Assembly: GCF_022539665.2 (NCBI RefSeq)
Contig: NC_081332.1
Span: 5,766,001 to 5,830,000 of the forward strand
Reading direction: 5' to 3'
DNA length: 64,000 nucleotides
From: Daphnia carinata
Taxonomy: Eukaryota
In this document: positions 1 through 12,659 of the stretch, in pieces
Position numbering within the stretch: the first letter of the stretch is position 1
How the letters are laid out: each line of letters starts with the position of its first letter
Notes under the pieces: generated by a model
The model's database searches: none
What the model was told of the DNA's origin: nothing
Seen by the model: only the letters and a program-made list of their open reading frames with translations
Made by a program: the position numbers and the translations under genes

Positions 1-1304
1 CGTTATTCGCCGGTAGATGGCGGAATCATAACCCAAAACGAAACACGATCGCAGTTTCATTTTACTTCCACGCTTCTGGTACAAGAAGGTCGAAATAATG
101 GCTTGGGCTTTATCGCAGCTCCTTCAATAGAAAGCCTCCAACCTGCCAATCCGGTTTGTGTACTGAATTTTATTTTTGTTTTGTATGATTGATCTCAAAA
201 TTGATTCCACGTAATTTTACATGGTAATCTCAGTTGGCCCAGAAACTTTCATCAAAACTAGCTGCGTCCGCCTTGGCCAGCCCATGGGTAATCTTCGAAG
301 ATCAGCAAAGAGCTGGGCAGTTCACCGTACTTCGTTGTTGCAGTGTAATTACACCCATCACAGCCCTTCTTTTCGCCGGACATCTGGGTTCCCCTATTCA
401 CACTGTGCAGCTCAATCAGGTGATTCCCCCATTTTAATCAGTATACTATCATAAATTCATGTTTTTTTATCTCTTTTAAGAACGACTATCAGGAGATACT
501 CAATAATTTGGGAGAAAGCGACGAGGACTCAGATGACATAGATGAGGATGAAATGCGGAAAATTTGTCAAGATTTGAATTTTCAACACATCACCGAGGAT
601 ATCCTTGGCCTCAGTAGGGTCACGAAGAACAACAGAGTACTAGCAAGACCGCGGAAACATTTTGTCATACTGAAAATCGATGAATTTATTGGATTCTTCG
701 TTGACGCTTATGTGGCGCAGCTTATCATGCAGATCCGAAAAAAATTCCAGGTAGTTTCATTTTATTGCTTTTTGAATTTTCATAATTTGCCACTTTGTAT
801 TCCAAGACCATTCTGGTAAAATGTATACGAGAACCAGGAAGAAATTGCACCATCGGAGAAGACAGCGTGCTGCGTACTGTGCTAAGCTTGCTCTCGTCGG
901 AAGAAATGGCTATGCGCCTTCCTCAGCCATCTGGGGTTGGCCGACGGCCCACCAACGTCTCTGCCGATTCCATGCTGGTTACTCCAGAGCTCAGACCAGA
1001 GGATTTGTATCCCATCAGGCGATACGTGACTTACACACCGCCGCCTAAGGGCTATTCCTACGAAACCAAAGAATGCAACAAAAGCAACATGGTGCCATCT
1101 GTTAATTCAGCTGCTTCTAGAAACCGGGCTCAGCCAAACCGACTAAACAAAACTGATTTTCGGGATATGTTCCCGAATTCTACATCTGTACAAAGCATGA
1201 ATTTGAGCTATCAAGGGGTATCCAACGTTCTACCAAACGTCACGCCCGTTGGCGGTCGCCCTATCTGCAAGTCTTATAGTTATAGCTTCTCTGACGACCA
1301 CTAA
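1..1304 (+). CDS. YTHDC2: 3' part of a YTHDC2/Bgcn-like DEAH-box RNA helicase (OB-fold and C-terminal extension); gene starts upstream of the window
   Basis: In-frame GT-AG exons 1-153, 234-419, 481-750 and 807-1304. Peptides PWVIFEDQQRAGQFTVLRCCSVITPITALLFAG, LKIDEFIGF..AQLIMQIRKKF and LLSSEEMAMRLPQPSGVGRRP match recalled YTHDC2 segments WLIYDEMTRAHRIANIRCCSAVTPVTILVFCG, LKLDEWLHF..ASLLLQLRQKW and VLSTEEQSAGLQQPSGIGQRP. Confidence 0.8.
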
Positions 1305-1992
1305 ATATGTTCATGTTTACGTCCCCTCATAGATCCGTTTTCCCGTTCGAAACCAAATCTTGTCAAGATTTGCGGTTGTCCTCTGCCATCTTCGATGTTT
1401 ATTTTACCTCTTTGCATTTTTTTTTTCTAGGGTTCAAAGTTGATGTTCCAACTTTATTGAAACTGCGCTACCCAGGTTCCGGTTTTATCGCATTTGTCCT
1501 ACGTTTAAGTATCCAGTTTCCTTCGTGTCCAAATGCCCGATGTAGTACTGTAGGAAAATGGTATGTTCTTTTTTTTTATTATTATTATATTTAAGGCGTT
1601 GCTAGGAATCTAGTAAAGTTATTTGCCATTTGTTCCGTCATTGTTTTCCTGCCCCTCCAGCGATCTATGGAGCCCATCCCTGTTAACCTGCTATAGCATG
1701 CTCTTGTCCCCGATAATCTTCCTTCCTTTCATTGTCGCTAGTTTCAACATTTTACTTTTTGACTGGCGATTTTGAATAATCAAGAAATAAATATGTTTTT
1801 TTTTCTAAGCCTGGTTCTTATAGGTTCCTGCATGCACCAACAAATATGGCTTTTTAAAAATCACATCGAAACAATCCATCCAATTGCGGAAATGTTAAAA
1901 CAAAATTTAGAACAACAATCGATACAATTGTTCATGTTATCAAAATATTTAAAAAAGTTTTATACAGGTGTTGCCGTAATCATCCAAAGCAT

Positions 1993-2892
1993 TCAACGGG
2001 GGCAGTCAAACTTAGAGGATGATAGCGGACTAGGAAATCCGTTGGAGGAGTAGGAGCTTCCATCGCGAGAAATAAGTGCCCTCTAAAGAAACAAACAAAA
2101 TGGTCATCTGTGTAATTCACAACGTTTTACGAATTATGTTAAAGAATATTGAAATCTTACTGAGCGCGCCTTTCTAAGTCCCCAATTTTCTTCTTGCAGC
2201 TTGAAAATCAACTGTTTGGCTACGTCCTTCTCCCGGTTGGCCAGCAATCTGTTCTGTCGCTCTACAGCCAAGTCTGCTTCAATGACTTTCATCTATAGAT
2301 GGTCAATTTCCATGTTAGTGCTTAGGAGAAAGTTTTCGTAATCGCAATTTTTAGTACTTGCATAGCCATGTCCTCCAAATTTTGCCGTAAAACGTTTCGC
2401 TCTTTCTCACTCTCCTCGTTAGACTCCTTCAGCATTTGCATTAATAATCGGACGTGTTCGGTTTGTTCTTTGTTTTGACGAATCCATCGGGTCAATGTCA
2501 ACAGCATCTGTTTATAGCGATTACGAAAGATAAGAATCATCGACGAAATCGAAGCCTTTTCTGTTTAGCCGGAATTCCCCGTTTTATAGTGATACGTAGA
2601 TGCGAAAGCTAACAATGTCTTTAATTTAATTAGTTTATCTAATTTAACATCAAGCTAATCCCGTTATTCAAATTTTTATCAAAATTTTTCATTTCATTGT
2701 AGGGTTTAGTATGTAACTGATAATTCACGAAACTTTGCCTACATTATTCATGGCTTGTCGCATGCGTATGTTATCTTCCATTAGGATTCCCAGCGATTGG
2801 TGCTGAACAGCGGAGCAGCAACTAGGAACCGGGGAAGTCACCTCTGCGCCGCCACTGGGCGTCAAACCCAACTCTTCCTCGCTTTTCGACAT
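1993..2892 (-). CDS. Small spliced coiled-coil protein, possibly NEMO/optineurin/TNIP-like
   Basis: Exons ~2892-2744, ~2508-2359, ~2292-2161 and ~2082-1993 have GT-AG ends and join as MSKSEEELG...ILMEDNIRMRQAMNN|MLLTLTRWIRQNKEQ...|MKVIEADLAVERQNRLLANREKD...|RALISRD..FDCPR*. These resemble the NEMO/OPTN N-terminal coil and the DFxxER (UBAN) segment. The start codon is tentative. Confidence 0.5.
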
Positions 2893-3886
2893 TAACGAAT
2901 CGAGAATTCCTTCCTTCTCTACCTTCAGCTGCGTCAAACACAAACCGACGCCACATCAGTCTTTGTGGCAGCTTGTGCAATGGCGAGCCTTGTGTCTGAC
3001 GGTTCCTAGAAATTTAATTTCAAACAAGGCCACGTAAGTGTCAGTCACGTTACTTATTCAACAATACTAATTCTGAATCCTTTCACATATTTCTCAGAAT
3101 TCAACTCGCATTGACTAGGTGATTACCAATCGTGGCGAAAGGCTTTTTATGGGTGTACCTACGTATATGCGCATTCCGCTACGGAAGCTAATAGAAATGT
3201 CATTCTAAAAGAAACAAGAAATGCAGTGTCATTGAGTTCGAGACCCAGATTCATTCGTAAATCGGTGAACTTTCTCTCCTTTATCGTTCTATATTTATTT
3301 ATTACTGTTTTCTTTTTGGGTCTCCACTACGTCGCTGACGATGTCGAAATTTTAAATCGCACAAGTTATTATGCGACCATAAAATCAACTAATTGCAAAG
3401 AAAAAAAAAAATCAACAGCGTATTTTTCATTCGATTAGCCGTGTGCGCATAGCAAAAGAATTTAGAAAAAGAAGAAAAAGTGTAGAAACCTGCAATAATT
3501 TAAATCCTTGGCGATTCGTAGTACACAGTTGCCTGAAGAAGACGTTCTAGCGGATTTGGATACAGTATTCTACCACTAGAAAATGGGAATAATCCAGTGA
3601 TTGCAGCGTTAAAAACGGGGTGTGTTACAAGGGCCGACCCATCCACGACTGGTGAACAGTTTCTATGAAAAGCAACACATAATACAAGAAACATTCTCTA
3701 TACTATCGCCATCTGCAGGCTAAAGTTCAAAGCTTCCCATTGTAAGATCGTCATGCACGCTTTACTAAACAGGTATACAAATCGAGCCCAATCTTAATTT
3801 GTGAATCGGTAAAAATTAAAATGGTTTAATCTTTAGTTTCAATTTTAAATTCTAACATTTTTGCTGCCACGGTGCCAACAGTGAAA

Positions 3887-5851
3887 ATGAAATGGTATCG
3901 TAAACAGTTTGAATCGAACGGATAATATAAGAACATTCTTTATGCATGAGCGCACTTGGCCCTTAGCACTTACGGCAGTTCTGCCAAAGGGAAATTCCCG
4001 TGTCCCTTTCCTTTATGTTCAATCATTTTTCAGGGGAATACCATAAGGAAGGAAACTCAAGGTCGATTGACCCATTTGGTATTGCAAAAGTTTGTGTAAT
4101 ATTTTTTGGGGTCGTGTGCGATTTAATTGAAATAATTATTACTGTCCTTACTTGCCACTCCGAATCAAAAAATAATTTCCACCTTTCGCCCGGAGCACGT
4201 AAATTTATTCCATTAACGAACGGGATTTCCGCTTCACGCTTTTTTACTTACTTTATTTACTATACTTGATTGTCATTTTCCCCGTTGATTCTATCCAATC
4301 ATTGCTTGTCGTTTGCCCGATTTCATTCCCTCTGATGGAAGAGGCATTTTTCCTTACGCCTCACGGATTTTAATCTTACCGCCTGCTATCATAATTGATA
4401 AGATATGGGACGTACTCGGGCCGAATTATGACTGTTTGAAAGTATGTTGGTGCAGTCGAGTCTTATCCGTGAACAAGCCTTGGGCGTTCTCGGGCATCTG
4501 TACATATAGTTAGACACAATTTGTTTTCTCTAAAAATTAATACGAATAGGGTTTCAAAATGGGAATTCTAGTTAAGAATAAATTTTTTCTTAAAAAAGGT
4601 ATGTTCATATTCGCAGGCGTGTTCAGTGCCATTGGTATAGTATTCAACAGTGTGGCGATGGGAACTGATTACTGGATCGTCTCTAAAGGCAGCCGTAAGA
4701 ATTCTGTTGTGCCATTTTAAAATTTGTACAAGCTATTAAAAATGTCTTCTTCTTTATTTTCAATGGGATTGGGTCGACAGTCTCATCTTCTGAAACCAAC
4801 ATAACAATTAATTATGGACTTTTTAATGGTCGAAAAACAACGGAAGGACAACTGGATCTTGCCCCAGTTCCCTATAGTTTGACAGGTTTCGAAATCTTCA
4901 GTATTCTTACCTTATCGGGTGACATTCAGTGTTTAGTGTGATTTAACTAAACGGTAATCTTTCTAGTTTTCTGCCCTGGTGGCGAAGGTGTTTGTCTAGT
5001 AAGCTGTGGAACGACAGATGTGGAACAAAAACAGGAATTTGATTATCTGAGGTTCGGCAAAACGGAATACACATGCAAGAGAGCTACGACAGCGTTGAAA
5101 ACAAGCAGGTTTGACTGTGTTTGGGGCCACTTCTTCAACGACACATATTTAGATTAACATGAGGTCTAAGCTTTCCTGTTCACTAGATCCCGTCTTGTGC
5201 AACTGACAAGCGATATTTCTGTTAAAGAAGCAGCTCGCTCGGAACCTGTAAGAGGAAACGATCAATTCATGGACTACGGACTGTGGGTCACCACCCTGAT
5301 ATTCTTATCACTCATGCTTGCCTTCCAAGTAATTTCAGCCGGCTTATGCTTCTTTAACGCAGTAACCGTCCCCATCGAGATGTTGATAGGGCCAATGGGC
5401 ATTTATTTGGCCAACGGCGTTGTAGGTAATGGTTTGTCTCGTCAAAAGTGTTTTGAGAGTTCACCGGTTGTACGGATGTTGAAGCTTACTTTTCTTTTTG
5501 TTTTGATTGCTTTCAGGTTTGACTGGGTTGATCACGTTGTCGCTATGGGGAGACCTATTTTCCTCGAAACTTTCGTCGGAATTGGCTATCCAGGAGACAA
5601 TATTAGATGTCTATCGCATGAGCTCATCTAATCTTGGTTATTCCTATTGGTCCGTAAATTTTTTCCGTCTTTTGACGGGAATTGCGATAAACATTCGTTT
5701 TTTTATACTGTTTTACAGGTTTGTACTTTGCTCTCTGATATTTGCTATCGCTTCTTCCGTCTGCATTCGGTTCCGCAACTCGCTGAGGAAGTTCAGCAAC
5801 CAGAACGTCGTCGGTGTTGAAAGCTCAACTCCCGGCGGCATGTTGTATTAA
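3887..5851 (+). CDS. Clarin-like tetraspan membrane protein
   Basis: Spliced exons give VFSAIGIVFNSVAMGTDYWIV (4617-4694), INYGLFNG (~4810), TM segments LWVTTLIFLSLMLAFQVISAGLCFFNAVTVPIEMLIGPMGIYLANG, LGYSYW and a C-terminal GMLY*, all clarin hallmarks. The tiny first exon (ATG 3887) is tentative. Confidence 0.8.
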
Positions 5852-6405
5852 ATAGTTGTGCAATTCTTATTGCACCGCTTTGAACTTTCTCATCACCGTC
5901 TGAGTGAAAGTTGGTTGTTTGCGTTAAGAGGTCAGTAAATATGCCTTTTCTTCAAGGTCTTTGGTTCTTGGAATAAAATGACTTTGTTAAAAATGATAAT
6001 AATAAACAACGACATGCATTTCTAAAATAAGAAGGAAAACTGTTACCATAACAATCATTCAATTAGCCTAGAGGTTTTAAGCGTTTTGTCTCTTTGGACT
6101 TAAGCCGAAAGTTTCTGCTTTCTTAACTAGATGGCGGTAAGGTGCCTTTGTTATCAATGTGATTTTTCTGCTACACATTGCACGCAAAAGTGAAATTCTG
6201 TGGTAGGTTAACAGAATTTTCTGAAGTTTGCATCAGTAAAATTGAAACTTTTTAAGTAAGGAGAAGATCGATAATGCAAATTCAAATGTTATGATTTTAT
6301 TTGATCGCATGAAATAACAAAAGTCTGTTTTTTTCGATACGTGCAAATCCTTCAGTTGAAAGTCATATTCTTCACATTTCGTTCAATTTTACACGTCTTT
6401 GAGAA

Positions 6406-8011
6406 ATGGGGTCGCCAGATTCCTCACCGTCGAGAGCTTTCAAATTACCAGATTGCTGGAAAGATGATGTTCGCATGACTGCTCTTTTTGCCCTACCCAG
6501 AAATGAGTCACTCAACCCACATGATTGGGCCGGAAAGTACAAGTTTTGGAAAGAGTTGATCATGGAATGGGCTACTTTAAATGAAAAGCTTACATTTGAT
6601 GTTGAAGACTTGAAAAAAGTGTTTGGCAGAAAGGGAAAATATCCTGCCTCATTAAACAGAGTTCTGGATGAAATGAAAAAGTAGGTAACTGTTTGTAAAA
6701 TCAAGGCTTCGAATTTTGTCTGAACATCTTTACTATTTTTTTTTTTTTTTTGTAGAAATGGTGATATTGTCATCAAGGATCAACATTCTTATCAGACAGA
6801 TCAGTATTCATCGTGGACAAAATGGGGGATGAGCCTCATTACGTCATCTGTTGCATGGTCGTGGAACAAGGTTATGAGTTCCCTTACCGAAACTGAGGAA
6901 ACTATCCCAAAATATGTGGTTCCTAGTGTTCTAAAGGTGAAATATATTTTATGTGAAAAATTCAAAATATTAACAATAATTTATACTTATTTCTGAAACA
7001 GAACAAGTGTGAAAATATTCTCCAGCTACCTATAGCTTCATCAGAAGAAATAGTGGAAGTTGAAGAACTTACAGATTTACATCCTGAAGTATTTGGCAAT
7101 GATGAAGAAACCCAGTTGATCTTGAATCATCTCCAAAATTTGGGTAAAGTAGCCATCGAGGCCTCTTCGGACCAAATCATGATAAAATTTATCGTTCCAA
7201 CGATAAAAACAAAGCAATCGCAACTAAACAATTCCGGCTGGAGCATATCTCCTGCTAAACAGAAGGAAAAAACTATTGAGATAAGTGAAGTTGATCGCAG
7301 TCTTGCTACTCTTAAACGTACAGAAAAGTTGCTCAACGACGAAATTGAAAGTATGGAAACGGAAATGAAGACACTAGAACAGACGGCGCGTGCACGGCTG
7401 AAAGAGGGTTCCCGTGGAGCTGTAAGAAAAATTTTAAATTGTAAGATATATCTATATTATAAATTTTGTTCCCCGTCGTTATCCAGGCTAAAGCTGCACT
7501 GCATCGCCGCAAACAATTACAAGCTGTCTTTGAAAAACGCAGTCAAGCACTGTCAAATATCCAGACTATGAAACTTCAACTAGGTCAAACAAAAACGGAT
7601 TCTAAGGTAAAATTAATTTTGTTAGCTTTGTTGTCAAAGCATAGCTGTAATGTTAGTATAACTATAATTTGTATCTTTCGTCAGGTTATGGAAGCCTACA
7701 AAATTGGCCTTTCGGCGTTGAAGAACTCGTTTGGTGATCCTTCAATGAACGAAGAAAACATTCAAGACACACTTTTCGAGCTGGAAACTGTCTTGGAACA
7801 ACACCGGGACATAGAAAATATCATGTCTCAGAGTCTTGTCCAAGAAGAAAACGAATCCGATCTAGAAGAGGAACTTAAAAACATTATAGCTGAAGCTGAT
7901 GCCCAACCTGCTCTTGAAGAGGACCTCGCCCTACCGTCCGTTCCGTCTGAGAGCCCAACCAAAGAGGCAACTCCAGCTCAAGCTGTACGATCCGTCCTCG
8001 CCCCGTCATAA
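6406..8011 (+). CDS. CHMP7: Charged multivesicular body protein 7 (ESCRT-II/III hybrid)
   Basis: Exons 6406-6680, 6756-6936, 7001-7421, 7487-7606 and 7685-8011. The N-terminus LPDCWKDDVRMTALF..NPHDWAGKYKFWKELI is typical of CHMP7, followed by a Snf7 domain (AKAALHRRKQL..VMEAYKIG..DLEEELKNI). Confidence 0.9.
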
Positions 8012-8689
8012 TTAAAATTTGTGAATTGAAACGGATTGATATTTTTTTCTGTGGAAAGAGGAGAGGGGGAACGAGTTGAGGTTGTTCGTCTAACCTCTGG
8101 GTTGCAAAGATGTGTGGAAAGGCAGTGAGTTATGAATAAACTTACTCGCGGTGTTTGCGAAGTTCCAAGTAGTGCAACTGTACAACGCATTTTAAAAATA
8201 AAGCAAAATGCTGTGCCACGAGTGGCGCAAGCGTTCCAGAGGCCATGCAGTGGACATTGTTTTGTAGCTATCGTGGCTGTAAAATAGAAGCTTGATGGCT
8301 TTCATGGAGAAAAGATGACTTGCGTTAGATTGGGACACGACTGCGGACTTGAAAAATTTTCAACTAATAACTCGACATATTCCCTGTCTGAAGAATACAC
8401 GTTTGTGTTGCTGATAGCAAAATCATTGCCCCCTCGTGGACATAACAGTAAAATGGAACGTCGTATTTTTATCTTGTAGCGACACCCGACAATCAACATT
8501 AACATCCTTTGCTATTTAGATTTGAAAAGCTAGTTTCCAATATTAGAGCTATCCCATTTAGTATAATAGCAAAATTGCTTGGGAGGATTACAGCCTCATT
8601 AGTGAGAAATAGTAGACGGAGAGAGGTTGTTCACAAATTTCAGCTTCAAGAGGCTTGCGTGACCGATGACAATTAAAAAATATGAAATT

Positions 8690-9350
8690 GACAAAAAAGT
8701 ATGGCTTATTTCGGCATCCTAATTTTAAGCCCGACTTTTTCGCGAAAAAAGTCGGGGTAAAAATAATTCCTAAATTGTAGATCCCAAATAAAAGTAAATT
8801 TAGTTTTTGACACGTTAAATTTTGAAGCCAACTAATATATTTATATATCTATGGCAACCCGTTTTACCAGAAAAAATGCCCCGTTTTCGAAAAACACGGA
8901 ACCGAAGAACTCTAATGTGTCACGCTAGCGCTGTAGAATCTCTTACTCCTCAGAATTCAATAAAAAGCACACTTTAGGCTCAAAATCGAATGCTGAAATT
9001 TGAAAAAATAGGAAAGCCTTCCTACTTACGGCTAAATAAAAATAAGCCCCGGGGAATCCCCTAATTTTCCCGTCAAGTATGCCCCAAAAAAATAATTCAC
9101 TTGGAATTTGATGAAAATAACACGTTATACTCTAAATTTAACGTTGATTTCGGAAAACATATTATTCTTTTTCTCGTCACATTAACCGTTGCTGAAATAA
9201 ACGAAAAAAATGACCGTGGGAATTTTACCTCCAAAACTTGCAAAAACTGACCCTCACTGGAATTGGTTAAAAATCACAGGATATACCCAAAATTGAATGC
9301 TGATTCCGAGAAAATTGTTACTTTTTTCATAAAACCAACTCTTAATCATC
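8690..9350. mobile_element. Fragment of the same Helitron-like family at the left edge of the palindrome
   Basis: Shares TTTAAGCCCGACTTTT, a truncated ATGTGTCACGCTAGCGCTGTAG hairpin (~8915-8936) and AAATTGAATGCTGATTCCGA modules with the other copies. Confidence 0.6.
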
Positions 9351-9479
9351 ATCATTCATAAAAAAAAAAAAAAATTTCGCCAAAAAAAAAAAAATCACTT
9401 TTCTCTTTTTTTCCGACACGTAGCCATCTACCGCTCAGACTCGTTATTAATGGCGTAGGCAATTTCAGTCCATTGGATG

Positions 9480-10980
9480 CCATTCGCAGTTAGTTCAGTA
9501 ACGTGGATGGAGAATAACGCTTGGATGGAGGAACAATTGAAAAATGGATAAGATAATACAACAAAAGGATGGTAAGTATAAACATTATTATATTGGTTTT
9601 CAATTATTAATTATTGTTTATTAGATCAAATTATGAAGCTGCAGGCCCAATTATTGGAACAACACAAAATATTAGATAACAGCAAAGCTAAGGATGGTAA
9701 GGCCTAATACGTAATGATTCTATTTATTTGCTTTTATTCATTTGTGTTTTGTAGCTCAAATTTTGAGTCTACAAGCTCAGCTAGGGGAAAAGAACAAATT
9801 GGAATGGAACAGTTTCCAAACAGTGAAGGAGGTTTTTCATAACTCTTCCCTAACTGAACATGAGGATGAATTGGCATTAGGTGAACACAGTCAGGTACCT
9901 AAGCTTTTCAAATAAGAATTGAAAATAAGTATAGAATTTTAACAAACAATTATTTATTGTTTAGTTATTCAGTCTATGACCTGACAGTGTGTTAAAGTTA
10001 AATTCTGTTAGTGCTGCACTAAAAGAATTGTTACTAATAAGTCCATGCAGCGAAGGAAGTGAATAATTGTGGGACCGTATTTGGGCTGAAAATGGGAGTG
10101 GTACGGAAACCCAGAAATAGCACAAGTTCAACATAAAACATGAATTAGGTACTTTTCGGTTTTTTGTCTATCGAAAAAGTATTTTTAATGCTATTATTTT
10201 GCATTCGCAGAATTTTAGTGGGGGATCAAGTCAAGTCTGGAAGTGTTACAGGATGGAAGAGTGAGCCTACAGTTGAAACACTGAAAGTGCATTACCATTA
10301 AGGTATGAGGTAAAGTAATAGAGTATGCAAATTGTCTAATGAGAAGTACGATCTTGTGCGAATGAATCCTGTGTAACAGCAATCCTTTATAGTTCTGTCA
10401 CAGCTAGAAGCCTCAAATAATTCTGCTTCTCTTGCTAAAGAACAACTTGTCCTTTACTCTCAGAGTGTTGGTGAAGATGGGTACTTAAATGGCCCTAAAG
10501 ATGTTTCATTTCGTTGGCATTGCAGCGATGAACATCATACATGGACTTTTTAGGTATGAAAGGAATTCTCTTGAAAATTTTTTGAATTTATGACAAAGCA
10601 TTTCTCCTGCTTTTTGCCAACCATGTCTAATCTAAAAAAAAAAATTATCCAATAGGAAAGGATTTTCAGCATACTGGGAACACAACTATCAACAATGCAA
10701 CATTCTAGGGGTGCTATTTTATCATTCAAGAGCCGTATACAATGATTTTCATCTGCAATTTGTATGGCCTTTCCCAAGCTTCTGCCAGAAGTTGAATCTG
10801 TAAGTCATGTAAGTCACATGAGCAACAATTGAGATGCTTAATGGTGTTGTTTTTCTTTTCTCAGCATAGGTTAAAAGTAACATTGGATCTGAAAAGATTC
10901 TTGGCTGGGGCAAGACACTGAATAAATTGTAATGATTGAATGGATGACATGGCATTTCTATACTTAATTTGGATTCCGGA
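9480..10980 (+). pseudogene. Decayed intron-containing gene with a coiled-coil N-terminus (left arm)
   Basis: GT-AG exons read MDKIIQQKD|DQIMKLQAQLLEQHKILDNSKAKD|AQILSLQAQLGEKNKLEW...GEHSQ|LFSL*, and later exon-like segments contain multiple stops. Family not recognised. Confidence 0.55.
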
Positions 10981-11534
10981 GACGGTATTTTATATTTAAA
11001 AAATTGAAGTGCATATCTGGGCTCTCTTCCTTTCCGTAGCCCCGTTTCCCCTTGACTCGTAATAAGCCCGTAGGGGGTCATGCCCCTACTGTACGGTATA
11101 TATAAAAACAACATATACCGAGGTTTGGAGGGCTCTGGCCGGAAAGGGGACGTGGGGGTCCGCTTAGTCCGATGATGTGTTCACGGAGGGCGACGTGGCT
11201 ACCCACAAATCCGAACTAAAGGTTAATCGCTCCTGTAAAAATGTTCCAAATCTTCAGCTCTTCTTCCGGCTTCTCTTAGCCAATCACCGGGTAATCTCCC
11301 CGGTGGGTCAACAAGGCAGTGTCTCCCCCTGCCTGGGTTGACGGCAACTTTTGAAAGGGCTATTGTGCCTTTTTAAAGTTGCAAAAATAATTGTAATGTG
11401 CAGAGAATTGTCAATAAAATTTTTTTTAGAAAATATTTTTCGCAAAATTTGTTTCTTTCATTGTCTGTGTTAGCTGTGTACACATGGTAAGCAGTTTCCA
11501 TTGGTTTATCGTTTATCCGTAAGCATTCTATTAT

Positions 11535-11602
11535 TAACCAGGGATCGAACCCTGGATGTTCGGCATACCGCGCCGATGTTCTACCAATGAGCCATGAATC
11601 AT
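11535..11602 (-). pseudogene. tRNA-like (pseudo-tRNA / SINE-head-like) unit 1
   Basis: Minus strand has A-box TGGCTCATTGG, anticodon-like arm TCGGC-GCGGTAT-GCCGA and B-box/T-arm CCAGGGTTCGATCCCTGG. The acceptor stem is poor and U33 is missing. Confidence 0.65.
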
Positions 11603-11724
11603 ATGATGTCAAGTTGGCTTTTTTTCTAGTCACTTGTGGACTTATTTCGCATTTACACTTAGAATAAAACTGAAATGCAATTCTGCAATATACGCTCCTA
11701 CATTTATTCTACTTCATTTTTACA

Positions 11725-11795
11725 CATCTACTGAGGTTTGAACCCAGGGTAACAGGTATCGCAGCCAAAGGATCTACCACAGAGCTATGAACCTA
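11725..11795 (-). pseudogene. tRNA-like unit 2 (more decayed)
   Basis: Minus strand has A-box-like TAGCTCTGTGGTAG and T-arm/B-box CTGGGTTCAAACCTCAG at tRNA spacing. Confidence 0.5.
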
Positions 11796-11888
11796 ATAAC
11801 GAATGCAATAGTAAACATATAGTAGTGAAAAACTGCATAAACATCCTAGACGTAACATATGATATGCGATAATAAAATACTTAGATAT

Positions 11889-11958
11889 ATCTCGTGGCTC
11901 AATGTTAGAGCATCGGCGTTGCACGCTGAATGTCTGGGGATCGGTTCCCATACGAGTA
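11889..11958 (+). pseudogene. tRNA-like unit 3, a diverged mirror homologue of unit 1
   Basis: CTCGT...ACGAG acceptor-like stem, A-box TGGCTCAATGTTAG, arm TCGGC-GTTGCAC-GCTGA and degenerate T-arm GGGGATCGGTTCCC. Confidence 0.55.
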
Positions 11959-12659
11959 AAACAAAATACAAAATTACTTCATAAAATATACAGATTGTTC
12001 CTTGAATCTAAGTTGAAGAATTTAAAGAGTGTAATAAATAATACTTACAGATAAACGATAAACCAATGAAAACAACCATGAAAACAACCGCGGCATCAGA
12101 GGTGACAAAAACAATAAAGATGAATTAAGCAAGCTAAATATAAAAAGTGCAACGTGTGAACACAGCGAATACAGACAATGAAAGAAACGAATTTTGCAAA
12201 AAATATTTTATAAAAAAAAATTTTATTGACAATTCTCTGCACATTACAATTATTTTTGCAACTTTAAAAAGGCACAATAGCCCTTTCAAAAGTTGCCGTC
12301 AACCCAGGCAGGGGGAGACACTGCCTTGTTGACCCACCGGGGAGATTACCCGGTGATTGGCTAAGAGAAGCCGGAAGAAGAGCCGAAGATATGGAACATT
12401 TTTACTGGAGCGATTAACCTTTAGTTCGGATTTGTGGGCAGCCACGTCACCCTCCGTGAACACATCATCGGACGAAGCGGCACCCCACGTCCCCTTTCCG
12501 GCCAGAGCCCTCCAAACCTCGGTATATGTTGTTTTTATATATACCGTACAGTAGGGGCATGACCCCCTACGGGCTTATTACGAGTCAAGGGGAAACGGGG
12601 CTACGGAAAGGAAGAGAGCCCAGATATGCACTTCAATTTTTTAAATATAAAATACCGTC

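Noticed and set aside
6372..7336. Minus-strand ORFs overlapping CHMP7 (and similar ones antisense to the Emx exons)
   Set aside because: They are antisense shadows of real coding exons.
11160..11225. Possible hammerhead ribozyme (Penelope-like inverted LTR)
   Set aside because: The core reads CCGATGA rather than CTGANGA, no properly placed GAAA or stems were found, and there is no RT or GIY-YIG ORF.
11535..11958. Functional tRNA genes
   Set aside because: Acceptor stems and anticodon loops are non-canonical, so they are reported as tRNA-like only.
12298..12335. GTCAAC...GTTGACC stem reminiscent of the IscB omegaRNA/HEARO start
   Set aside because: The similarity is limited to the hexamer stem, with no other recognisable features and no IscB ORF.
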